This document shows positions 35,830 through 44,314 of a stretch of 64,000 nt of DNA, one piece after another; the first letter of the stretch is position 1, and every line of letters starts with the position of its first letter. The notes below the pieces were generated by a model that was not told where the DNA came from, searched no databases, and worked only from the letters and a program-made list of their open reading frames with translations. Source of the DNA: Lachnospiraceae bacterium (GTDB taxonomy: Bacteria; Bacillota; Clostridia; Lachnospirales; Lachnospiraceae); the NCBI GenBank assembly GCA_017521195.1, contig JAFXGP010000088.1, positions 11,203 through 75,202 on the forward strand. Direction: 5' to 3'. Position numbers and translations under genes: made by a program.

Positions 35830-36752
35830 TCTTCCTCACATTCCGGCACTAACCAATCGGTATAGATGCCTTTTACGCCATATTCGCGTAACTGATTTGC
35901 CGTGGTTTCATCATTTACGGTATATACCAAAACATCAACATTCCACGCATTAAAATATTCCACAATCTCTTCACTGATTCTGCCGGTTTCCATCGCTACT
36001 ACAGGAATTTTATTTTCCAGACAAAATCCCAGAATTTCTTCATAAATCGGACTAACATAATGATATAAGGTATATACATAATGTTTAAACGGATAAATGC
36101 TTTGCATAATCTCATAAGATTTAGGATTGTATATCTGGATAATCATACGATCCAGAATATCCTTTGTTTCCCGTATGCTTGCTTCTTCCACCAAAGCAGA
36201 CACCAGAGTAATTACATCCTCATTGGAACTGCCCATGGAATTATCCCACTTAATGTCTGTCATCATATAAACATCCGGATAAATTTCCATCAAATCCATC
36301 AATTTCTTCAAATCTACGGGTGTATATTTACCTTCTATTTTTTCCTGCATAAACGAAGAGTATTCTATCTCTTCTCCATTTGCATCCAGATACTCATGGG
36401 AACAAACCACTTCTCCCTCTTTTGTCACCACTAAATCTACTTCATATACCCGGAATCCATTTTCATAAGCTTCTTCAAAAGCCTCCAAAGAATTGGTATA
36501 ATCACTCTCGTCAATTCCACCCATAGCATGTGCCAATAAAGTATCTTCCTTCAGCCACTCTGCCATGTTTTCTGCCAAGGGGTCATACTTGTCCAAATCC
36601 ACCGGATTCAACCAATATCGGATATAGGTCTTCACCATGGTTCCGTAGCCATGTCCCCTAAGACTGTTCAGCCCCAAGAATGCTACTGCCAAACCAAGGA
36701 TAACAAATATAAGAATCAATATTTTCTTCTTATTCTTTGAAAAAAATGTCAT
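35826..36752 (-). CDS. membrane-anchored glycerophosphodiester phosphodiesterase family (GDPD) protein
   Basis: 308 aa. There is an N-terminal TM anchor, then LLAHAMGG...TNSLEAFEEAYENGFRVYEVDLVVTKEGEVVCSHE (GDPD pattern). 4-nt overlap with the upstream gene. Confidence 0.65.
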   Translation of the reverse strand: MTFFSKNKKKILILIFVILGLAVAFLGLNSLRGHGYGTMVKTYIRYWLNPVDLDKYDPLAENMAEWLKEDTLLAHAMGGIDESDYTNSLEAFEEAYENGFRVYEVDLVVTKEGEVVCSHEYLDANGEEIEYSSFMQEKIEGKYTPVDLKKLMDLMEIYPDVYMMTDIKWDNSMGSSNEDVITLVSALVEEASIRETKDILDRMIIQIYNPKSYEIMQSIYPFKHYVYTLYHYVSPIYEEILGFCLENKIPVVAMETGRISEEIVEYFNAWNVDVLVYTVNDETTANQLREYGVKGIYTDWLVPECEEE

Positions 36753-37691
36753 CTATTTTCTCCCAAGGAGACGCTTCATTCCTCTTTTCAGTCTGCGTCC
36801 CACTCTCTTTACCTTCATTTTAATCTTTGTCATTTTCATCTGTGCAGGAGTTAACCGGGGCATAATTAAAAAATCATATTCATCTATATGCTCCAACAAA
36901 TACTTAGGATACGTATCATCGATTTCTACACATTCAAACTTAGCATCTCTGCCAAAAATATCCTGACCGGTCATAATACGGTCCGTTACCTGCATCAGGA
37001 TTTCTTCGCTGTTATACTCCTGATGAGCGGCTGCCACTACCTTATCTCCGATACGCTTAGCAAGGTCTCTCTCTCCATTGCCGCCCATATATCCAAAATG
37101 CCAGCCACCGTTTGGAACTCTCACACCATTTATTTTGGCCTCTTTTGTCCGCAAATCCCAGAATCCTCTTCCCCGCAGAGTTCCGTAATGAAACACCTTT
37201 GTTCCAAGCCACATAGGACGTTCCACACCCTCAAACTCGCCACTGTAAGAAAGAAGTTTACCGCTGACTTCTTCTGCATTTAAAAAACAATAGAACATTC
37301 TCTGGGCCAGATGATAAATCTTGCCTTGTTCCATTTTAGGAAACAATTCTACCAAAGTATCCGGATTAGGTATCTCGTCTACATCACTAAAAATACAGAT
37401 ATCATCTTCCTTACATTGTTCCAAACCTTTTAACAAATGGTCTTTTTGAAAATGGTCCATATCGTGAGGCTCTATCCCTACCGGACATTCATCTACTACT
37501 ATGTGAATAATCTTATCTTCCCACTTTTTAAACAACTGTTTATTTTCCTGAAAATACAGAGGTTTTGGTTCACTGGAAAAAGTATAAGCTGCTTCTTCAA
37601 TGACAAACTTATCCACGATAGGATCCATAATCTCCATACGCATTTTCAAAATATCCAATTCATTAAAAAAAGGAAAACAATCGTATATCAT
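36753..37691 (-). CDS. GT17-like glycosyltransferase (GnT-III / beta-1,4-GlcNAc-transferase family)
   Basis: 312 aa. The N-terminus MIYDCFPFFNELDILKMRMEIMDPIVDKFVIEEA matches the Glyco_transf_17 signature. Motif SDVDEIP also present. Confidence 0.65.
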   Translation of the reverse strand: MIYDCFPFFNELDILKMRMEIMDPIVDKFVIEEAAYTFSSEPKPLYFQENKQLFKKWEDKIIHIVVDECPVGIEPHDMDHFQKDHLLKGLEQCKEDDICIFSDVDEIPNPDTLVELFPKMEQGKIYHLAQRMFYCFLNAEEVSGKLLSYSGEFEGVERPMWLGTKVFHYGTLRGRGFWDLRTKEAKINGVRVPNGGWHFGYMGGNGERDLAKRIGDKVVAAAHQEYNSEEILMQVTDRIMTGQDIFGRDAKFECVEIDDTYPKYLLEHIDEYDFLIMPRLTPAQMKMTKIKMKVKRVGRRLKRGMKRLLGRK

Positions 37692-37708
37692 ACTCTATCT
37701 CCATTAAA

Positions 37709-38473
37709 TTATTTCTTAAAATATCTCCAGAATAACAATGGACGAAGCACATTTTTTATGCTCTTCCACAGCTCCTTCCATGGATTCTTAAATACCGGGT
37801 ACTGGGCATTGGCTCCCCACCATTTATGAAATGCAAAGGGCTTAATTCCCTGCACTTCCGGAATAGGATGTTCATGGGCAAAATATTTTGCCACATCCAA
37901 AGGTGCCCATTTCATACCTTCTGCTTCAAACAAATGTCTGTTAGTACAGCAGATAAATATATCTTCATTATAAAATCCGTCTTCGTCTCGTTCCCACTTC
38001 AAATTGGCTTTTTTCGGAAAATCCATCAGTCGTTTACTACGAAGGGACACGCTGTTTCCCACTCTGCAGATATTTCCATGAATATCATGGTAACAATGCT
38101 TGGTTCCCGGCTTTGGCAATGGCCACGGAGAACCAATATAGTCATAGTCTAAGAATTCATCTCTCCAGCTTTCCGCATTTATAACACAACCATCTGCATG
38201 TACAATCATGGCAAAATCCGTTTCGATATAATCTCCCAGTTCATATGCCATTTTATAGTTAAAACAATCGATATCCGTTAATTTTGACGTATGTTTATAT
38301 TGAATGTTTTTAGGTAAAAACAATGGTTTTCTATGGGTAATTAATACTGCCTGTCCAAAATCCACCCGTTCCATACTGTATTTCATTGCTTTGATGGTCT
38401 CTACCATATTTACACTGCTCATTGCCACCAACGTTACATTGGGAAGCTGCAATTTACCATTCTTGAATTCCAT
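37709..38473 (-). CDS. DUF5672-like protein (uncharacterised, putative glycan-modifying enzyme)
   Basis: 254 aa. Motifs IVHADGCVIN, YDYIGSPWP, VGNSVSLRSKRL and NEDIFIC resemble the DUF5672 pattern as I remember it. Confidence 0.45.
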   Translation of the reverse strand: MEFKNGKLQLPNVTLVAMSSVNMVETIKAMKYSMERVDFGQAVLITHRKPLFLPKNIQYKHTSKLTDIDCFNYKMAYELGDYIETDFAMIVHADGCVINAESWRDEFLDYDYIGSPWPLPKPGTKHCYHDIHGNICRVGNSVSLRSKRLMDFPKKANLKWERDEDGFYNEDIFICCTNRHLFEAEGMKWAPLDVAKYFAHEHPIPEVQGIKPFAFHKWWGANAQYPVFKNPWKELWKSIKNVLRPLLFWRYFKK

Positions 38474-38498
38474 ATAAATTCCTCTTATTTACTACTTT

Positions 38499-39536
38499 TT
38501 ATCTGCTTTTTCCAACAAAAAGTCGGAATTTACGGAGCACCGCTCTCACCAGTCTTTGACTTTGATAAAAACGGTATATCGCCGTGCTTTGTATTTTCAT
38601 AAACATCAATTCCGTTCCTTGAGGACGGATATCTGCCTTCTGGTATCTCTTAGAAGTTTTCTTATATTCTTCCAATTCTTTTCTACATTCTTCAGCTGTG
38701 AAAATTCTGCCTTTTCTATCCTGATAATGGAAACCGGTATAGATATTCTGCTCCGAAGACCAATATCCATCAGATACATTGTGTCTTGCCCAATATTTCG
38801 GTGCAATAATGTATTTTACGGTTTCACTGGTAAAAGCAGGGAAATAAGTAAAAGAAGAGTTAGCCAATAACAAATATTTTGCATTTTTGATAATGGAATA
38901 ATCCTTTGCCAAGTCAAAATTATAAGCAGGAATTCCAGGCAAAATTTTGTTAGCCTCTTTTACATCATTGGTAATAATCATAAATCGCATATTGGGATTA
39001 ATTTTACGCATGTTTTTCATGCCCTGCTTCCAATAGGATTTTTTAACAAACAATTCCGGAGAATTCATATAATCCGTACACCGAAGATGTAAAATACATA
39101 AATCATCCTGACTAAAATCGTAGCAGTCATATTCCGGCTTTACTTTTAACCATTCTTTAATTTCTTCTTTGTATTCCAAATAGTAGTCTTCAGACTGCAT
39201 ATTACCCCAAAGCAAAGTGTCTTCCGGTACTTTATACATGTCCCAATCAGTTCCTGCCACATATGCCCCATGTGTTAAATCATGTTTCGAATTCCCAAGG
39301 TATAATCTCTTTTCCTTTTCATAATAAGTCTGCTTAAAATCTTCTCTTGTTACTTCTTTTCCAAAATCCAAATCCATGAAGTACAATCCGCAATCGCTGT
39401 GCATATTGTTAGCAAAAGTTTCTTTTCCAAGCATACCAAACTCTTCGCCACGCTCCTTGGCAATACATCTGGCTGTAACATATCGAAATAACTGATTTCC
39501 TAACCCATCCCCATGGGTTACTTCTGTTCCTATCAT
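38499..39536 (-). CDS. GT11-like (fucosyltransferase-fold) glycosyltransferase, divergent
   Basis: 345 aa. Degenerate GT11 motifs appear in the right order: GDGLGNQLFRYVTARC, LHLRCTDY and ANSSFTYFPAF. ATGA overlap with the upstream ABC gene. Confidence 0.55.
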   Translation of the reverse strand: MIGTEVTHGDGLGNQLFRYVTARCIAKERGEEFGMLGKETFANNMHSDCGLYFMDLDFGKEVTREDFKQTYYEKEKRLYLGNSKHDLTHGAYVAGTDWDMYKVPEDTLLWGNMQSEDYYLEYKEEIKEWLKVKPEYDCYDFSQDDLCILHLRCTDYMNSPELFVKKSYWKQGMKNMRKINPNMRFMIITNDVKEANKILPGIPAYNFDLAKDYSIIKNAKYLLLANSSFTYFPAFTSETVKYIIAPKYWARHNVSDGYWSSEQNIYTGFHYQDRKGRIFTAEECRKELEEYKKTSKRYQKADIRPQGTELMFMKIQSTAIYRFYQSQRLVRAVLRKFRLFVGKSR

Positions 39537-41290
39537 CGTCTTCCCTCTAATGTTGTTTCTTCAATTTTTCCACCTTCAACCTTAAAAATCATGTCACAGT
39601 TTTCAATGGTTCTGAGTCTATGAGCAATGATAATCATTGTCTTTCTTCCGTGGAATTTATCAATAGCTTCCATAATAGCGGTTTCTGTATCCGTATCCAA
39701 TGCGGATGTAGCTTCGTCAAACACCAGAATTTCCGGATTGTGATACAAAGCTCTGGCAATTCCCAATCGCTGTCTCTGTCCGCCGGAAATACGTACGCCA
39801 CGCTCTCCTACGGAGGTATTTAACCCTTCCGGAAGGCTTTCTACAAATTCTTTTAACTGAGCTTCTTCCAATACTTCCCAAATTCTCTTATCATCAATAT
39901 CTTCCCTTTTTACCCCAAAGGCAACATTGTCTCTGATAGGGTCATCGGTAAGATAAATATTCTGTGCAATGTATCCGATATGGCTTAACCAGGAACCATA
40001 ATTCTCCATCACATCTCTGCCGCCGCAGGTAATCTTACCTCCTTGAATATCTAAAAGTCCCATTAAAATATCCACGGCAGTAGTCTTACCGGCACCGGAT
40101 GGTCCGATAACACCTACAGATTTCCCAACCGGAATTACCATATCCGCTTTATCCAAAATCAATTTTTCTGTATTCGGATATTTATAAGTTACTTTTTCCA
40201 AAGCAATGGAGCCATCCACTTCAATGGCAGGTTTATCTTCAATACGACGCTGACTTACTCTCTTTTCTTCCTTATAATCTTTGAAATCAATATTCTCATA
40301 TACAAAGTTGATACTTGGACTATAGAAAGCAATATTGTTTACATAAGTATTAATTCGGTTTACACTCGGCATCAAACGCACTGCTGCCACTGCAAAGGCC
40401 ATCATCTGTGGTGCCATATCAACAATTTCTTTACCCATGATAATACAAATAGCCATATAACTTAACAAACCGCCAACACAGATGGTTTCAATCAATAATC
40501 TTGGCATATTATTTAAAACGGTATATTTACTGTTTAAATTAGCTCCGTTTTGAGCATATACGGAATAATTTTCCACAAAAAAGTTTTCTTTATGAAGAAC
40601 TTTTACTTCTTTAATACCAAAAATAGACTGGTTACGCCATTTCCCCATACGGGCCTGTACTTCCTGATTTTCTGCCCCCAATCTATTTAATCTTGGCTTT
40701 AAGATTTTAATAATAACGAAGGTCATGAATAACAAAATGGCTGCAATCATACTTGTCATCATAGGATCTACAATAAGAAGAACTGCACATAAGAAAACTG
40801 CTACTACTACCTCTGTCATCAATTGGATAAAATCCATCAATGCAATAAATACCTTTGGAACATCGCTATCCAGAGTACGGAATACCGTAGGAATGTCTGC
40901 ATTCAAATAGAATTCATACGGACGGTTCAAATATTCATCCATCATGTAGCTTACGGTTAAAAACTGGTTTTTATTTACAAAACGTGCTTGTACATAATTC
41001 ATCAAAAGCAGATATGCATTCTTGATAATAAAAACTGCAACTACAGCAAACAAAAGAACTATAATAAATTCCTTCATATTTTCAAGTCCCAGTATCTTCC
41101 GGACCATAATTACATATTCATTATTTTCCAACGCATGTGCATCCAGCATTGCCTGAGCCAAAGGTACAATCATAGATACTCCTACCGTTTCCAAAATTGC
41201 CCCGATAAGAATCATAACTCCCAGACCGGCCACACTCCGCTTCTGTCTCTTACTTAAAATATTAAATAGCTTTTTTATGATGTCTGTCAT
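39533..41290 (-). CDS. type-I ABC exporter, fused permease/ATPase (MsbA/PglK-like lipid-linked glycan flippase candidate)
   Basis: 585 aa. A 6-TM domain is followed by an NBD. Walker A GPSGAGKTT, signature ISGGQRQRLGIARAL, Walker B ILVFDEATSALD. Confidence 0.8.
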   Translation of the reverse strand: MTDIIKKLFNILSKRQKRSVAGLGVMILIGAILETVGVSMIVPLAQAMLDAHALENNEYVIMVRKILGLENMKEFIIVLLFAVVAVFIIKNAYLLLMNYVQARFVNKNQFLTVSYMMDEYLNRPYEFYLNADIPTVFRTLDSDVPKVFIALMDFIQLMTEVVVAVFLCAVLLIVDPMMTSMIAAILLFMTFVIIKILKPRLNRLGAENQEVQARMGKWRNQSIFGIKEVKVLHKENFFVENYSVYAQNGANLNSKYTVLNNMPRLLIETICVGGLLSYMAICIIMGKEIVDMAPQMMAFAVAAVRLMPSVNRINTYVNNIAFYSPSINFVYENIDFKDYKEEKRVSQRRIEDKPAIEVDGSIALEKVTYKYPNTEKLILDKADMVIPVGKSVGVIGPSGAGKTTAVDILMGLLDIQGGKITCGGRDVMENYGSWLSHIGYIAQNIYLTDDPIRDNVAFGVKREDIDDKRIWEVLEEAQLKEFVESLPEGLNTSVGERGVRISGGQRQRLGIARALYHNPEILVFDEATSALDTDTETAIMEAIDKFHGRKTMIIIAHRLRTIENCDMIFKVEGGKIEETTLEGRR

Positions 41291-42299
41291 ATTTTTTCCT
41301 CACTAAATACCAAGACAGCCATGCTGTCAACAATGTCACAATAATAAATATTATAGCACATATCTGCCATGGCATATAGCCAAAAACGTTTAAATGTACC
41401 ATAACATTAAGCACAATCCAATGATATAAAAACATTCCATAGGACAGGTCACATTTTATTCGTTTTACAGGTAGTAAATATGCTAAACCAATAATAATAA
41501 AAGGCAACAAAATCCCGGATACAATATCCTCGTAATAACCATAAGAACATACATGAAATCCCTGATTAATAGCAAATATTAAAATTAGAATCCATATATA
41601 TTTTTTTATTGTAGGTATAACCCACTCTCTATTTTGATAACAAAATACTCCTATTAGGAACCATAAAAAATATGGTATAAATATTCTTTCGACTATTTTA
41701 TCTACAGCTCCATCCATATGATCTGTAATATATTTGCATACCAAATTCATTATTACAGATGCGGACATCAATAATATCCACCCATTCCTTTTCATTTTCT
41801 TTAACCATGGATATATTACTCCCAGAATCACATACAACTGTACTTCCGTAAATATTGTCCATAATGCTCCGTTAATACTTCCTGTCGCAAAATCTTTCAA
41901 ACAAGAAGGTGTATTCGCTATCCCCACTATCTGGGTACATATCCATAGAAAAATGCTTCCATCCAGTCTTTCTCTTGCCAAAATTATTACAACAACCAAA
42001 TTTATCAAGGTACATAACCAAAGCTCCGGATATAAACGAAAGATTCGCTTTATAAAAAATTCTTTTCTCGTTTTACACCTTTCAAAAGATGCAGATATCA
42101 AAAAACCGCTCAAAGAAAAAAGAATAACTACCCCCGGAAAAATTTCCGTGATTGTTCTGATTCCTCTTAAAGTTGCTATCTTCTGCTCTGATAATGCCAT
42201 TGCATAATATGTATAATGTAATAACATTACACTAAATGCCGCAAAATATCGGATAACATCAAATGAATTATTTTCTAATCGAAAAGAGTTTTCCTTCAT
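41262..42299 (-). CDS. acyltransferase family 3 membrane protein
   Basis: 345 aa, about 10 TM helices, N-terminal FDVIRYFAAFSVMLLHY motif. Its 3' end overlaps the ABC gene by 29 nt. Confidence 0.75.
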   Translation of the reverse strand: MKENSFRLENNSFDVIRYFAAFSVMLLHYTYYAMALSEQKIATLRGIRTITEIFPGVVILFSLSGFLISASFERCKTRKEFFIKRIFRLYPELWLCTLINLVVVIILARERLDGSIFLWICTQIVGIANTPSCLKDFATGSINGALWTIFTEVQLYVILGVIYPWLKKMKRNGWILLMSASVIMNLVCKYITDHMDGAVDKIVERIFIPYFLWFLIGVFCYQNREWVIPTIKKYIWILILIFAINQGFHVCSYGYYEDIVSGILLPFIIIGLAYLLPVKRIKCDLSYGMFLYHWIVLNVMVHLNVFGYMPWQICAIIFIIVTLLTAWLSWYLVRKKYDRHHKKAI

Positions 42300-42332
42300 T
42301 TCAACCTCGCTCTTTTTCTATGAAGTAATCTG

Positions 42333-44273
42333 TCAGTCTATTATCTTCATCTCTTCTGTATACACATCCCTGCAATCTCTTCCTTGGAACCACTGGGTAG
42401 GGGCAATCACTATTTTTCCCTTAGATGGATTCAGATAGCATCCCCACCAACTAAAGCTGGAATTAGCCAGAATGTAATGTTTGCATTTGGTCATCAAATA
42501 CATATCTATATATCCTGCATCTTCGTCATTACCTTCCACAATCGTAATATTACTTTGTTTGTAATGTTCTTTCACCCAGGCAGGATCATTAGTAAATACA
42601 AAGAAATGACAATCCAAAACTGCATCTTCCATATACTTCATTGCCTTTGTATAATATTCTTCCGTACAGATGCCACCATATACGTCACTAACCTGTAAAT
42701 AATCACCTCTTCGAATGTGAAGACTTACAGAATTTTTACTTTGCATTTGTGATTCGTATTCCTGCATCTTAGAAGACAACTTGATATTTCGGAATGTAAA
42801 GGCTTCCCTTACCTGTTCTTTGATATTTTTGAAATACTTTTCACTTTGCCAGCATCCTATCAGATAAGCCCTTTCCTTTTTCAACACTTCAGGATCAAAC
42901 AACTGGCTCTTTTCTACGTATGCCGCTGTTTGTCTTCCGGTTAGTTTTCTACGAATCTTCGATACTACGTCCAGATAAGAATCTGTCAAACAGTTCATTT
43001 CTGTTTCCGTTGGTGTGGCATATCCGGCACCAAATACCGACAAGCGAATCGGACGCGCATCCTTGCCTTCATATTCTGTAACATCATCAATCTTAACATT
43101 TTTTCCTAGAGCTTTTAATTGAAGATATAATGCATATTGAAACATCTGATTTCCCATACCACCGGACAATTGTACCACCACCAAAGGCTCTTTTTGAGAT
43201 GCTTTCAGCATTTTGTAAGGAAGCAGATATCTTTCATTCACTCGCACAAAATTTTCATAAATCCAAGGACTTGCTTGGAACATTTTCATCTTAATGGCAT
43301 CATTTTTACTACTAACCGAAGACGAATATGCCCCCGGAATGTAATTCTTTTCTTCTTTTATAATCTGTACAATCTTCTTACAATAAGTTTTGTAGTCCTC
43401 CGGTTTTGTTTTTTTCAATTCCAGATAATGCAACAACATTCTCTTATAGAAAAAGAAGTTGTGAATATTTACCAAGTCCTGTCTTTCAATGGATTGCAGA
43501 TATTTTCTTTTCTCATAATACAAAGGAATCTGATCCGTAAAAATACGTTTATTCACTCCCGCATTCATAATACTGCCCACGCGGTCCACCACATAGTTGT
43601 AATAACACTGATTCAGGTAAACAACCTTCTTTGCCATGTGCAACAGCTTTGTGGTAAATACGATTTCCTCGTACAATTTTCCCACAGGAAAACGTAATTC
43701 CTTTAACAATTCCTTTTTAAACAATTTGTTCCATGCGGCATTTTGAATCTGTACTTCTTCCTCTTCTTTGATGAAGCTTTCCAATGCTTCGTCCTGTTCA
43801 AAATAAAGAATCGTATCCGTAGACGTATCCTGTACATGATTTACGGAAACCTGCTTGTAAGAGCATACTGCCAAGTCCGCATTTCCCTTCTGTATAGCCA
43901 AATACATATTTTCATACATATTACTATCAATCCAGTCGTCCCCATCCACAAAAGCAACATAATTGCCTTTTGCCTGTTCGATGGCCATATTTCTGGTCTC
44001 AGAAGGTCCACCATTTTTTTTGTGAATCACACGGATTCTGGAGTCTCTTTTGGCATATTCATCACATACTTCCCCACTTCCGTCCGTAGAACCGTCATCC
44101 ACTAATAGAATTTCCAGATTTCTGTAAGTTTGGTTACATACACTTTCAATAGATCTTTTTAAATAATCTTTGATATTGTAACAAGTTACTGCAACAGTAA
44201 TCAGAGGCAGCTCTTTTACTTCCATATTCTGTTTGATTTCTGTTAAACTCCCTCTAACCATTGTTTTCTCCAT
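42333..44273 (-). CDS. bifunctional GT2 / GT11 (alpha-1,2-fucosyltransferase-type) glycosyltransferase fusion
   Basis: 646 aa. The N-terminal GT2 signature is ITVAVTCYNIKDYLKRSIESVCNQTYRNLEILLVDDGSTDGS plus VDGDD. The C-terminal GT11 motifs are SGGMGNQMFQYALYLQL, LHIRRGDY and ANSSFSWWGCYL. Confidence 0.85.
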   Translation of the reverse strand: MEKTMVRGSLTEIKQNMEVKELPLITVAVTCYNIKDYLKRSIESVCNQTYRNLEILLVDDGSTDGSGEVCDEYAKRDSRIRVIHKKNGGPSETRNMAIEQAKGNYVAFVDGDDWIDSNMYENMYLAIQKGNADLAVCSYKQVSVNHVQDTSTDTILYFEQDEALESFIKEEEEVQIQNAAWNKLFKKELLKELRFPVGKLYEEIVFTTKLLHMAKKVVYLNQCYYNYVVDRVGSIMNAGVNKRIFTDQIPLYYEKRKYLQSIERQDLVNIHNFFFYKRMLLHYLELKKTKPEDYKTYCKKIVQIIKEEKNYIPGAYSSSVSSKNDAIKMKMFQASPWIYENFVRVNERYLLPYKMLKASQKEPLVVVQLSGGMGNQMFQYALYLQLKALGKNVKIDDVTEYEGKDARPIRLSVFGAGYATPTETEMNCLTDSYLDVVSKIRRKLTGRQTAAYVEKSQLFDPEVLKKERAYLIGCWQSEKYFKNIKEQVREAFTFRNIKLSSKMQEYESQMQSKNSVSLHIRRGDYLQVSDVYGGICTEEYYTKAMKYMEDAVLDCHFFVFTNDPAWVKEHYKQSNITIVEGNDEDAGYIDMYLMTKCKHYILANSSFSWWGCYLNPSKGKIVIAPTQWFQGRDCRDVYTEEMKIID

Positions 44274-44314
44274 TTCATAACATAGACATCTGTTTTGATT
44301 CTGTTATTATTACT

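Noticed and set aside
41734-42207. 157-aa plus-strand ORF, and similar long plus-strand ORFs at 43137..43697, 43743..44105, 36888..37283, 37437..37829, 25366..25776, 51285..51701, 53009..53386, 56532..56966 and 60094..60519
   Set aside because: Each lies fully inside a minus-strand gene that has strong family motifs. The translations are low-complexity (I/F/L/H/S-rich), lack SD sequences and lack recognisable domains. They are typical antisense shadow ORFs of AT-rich coding DNA.
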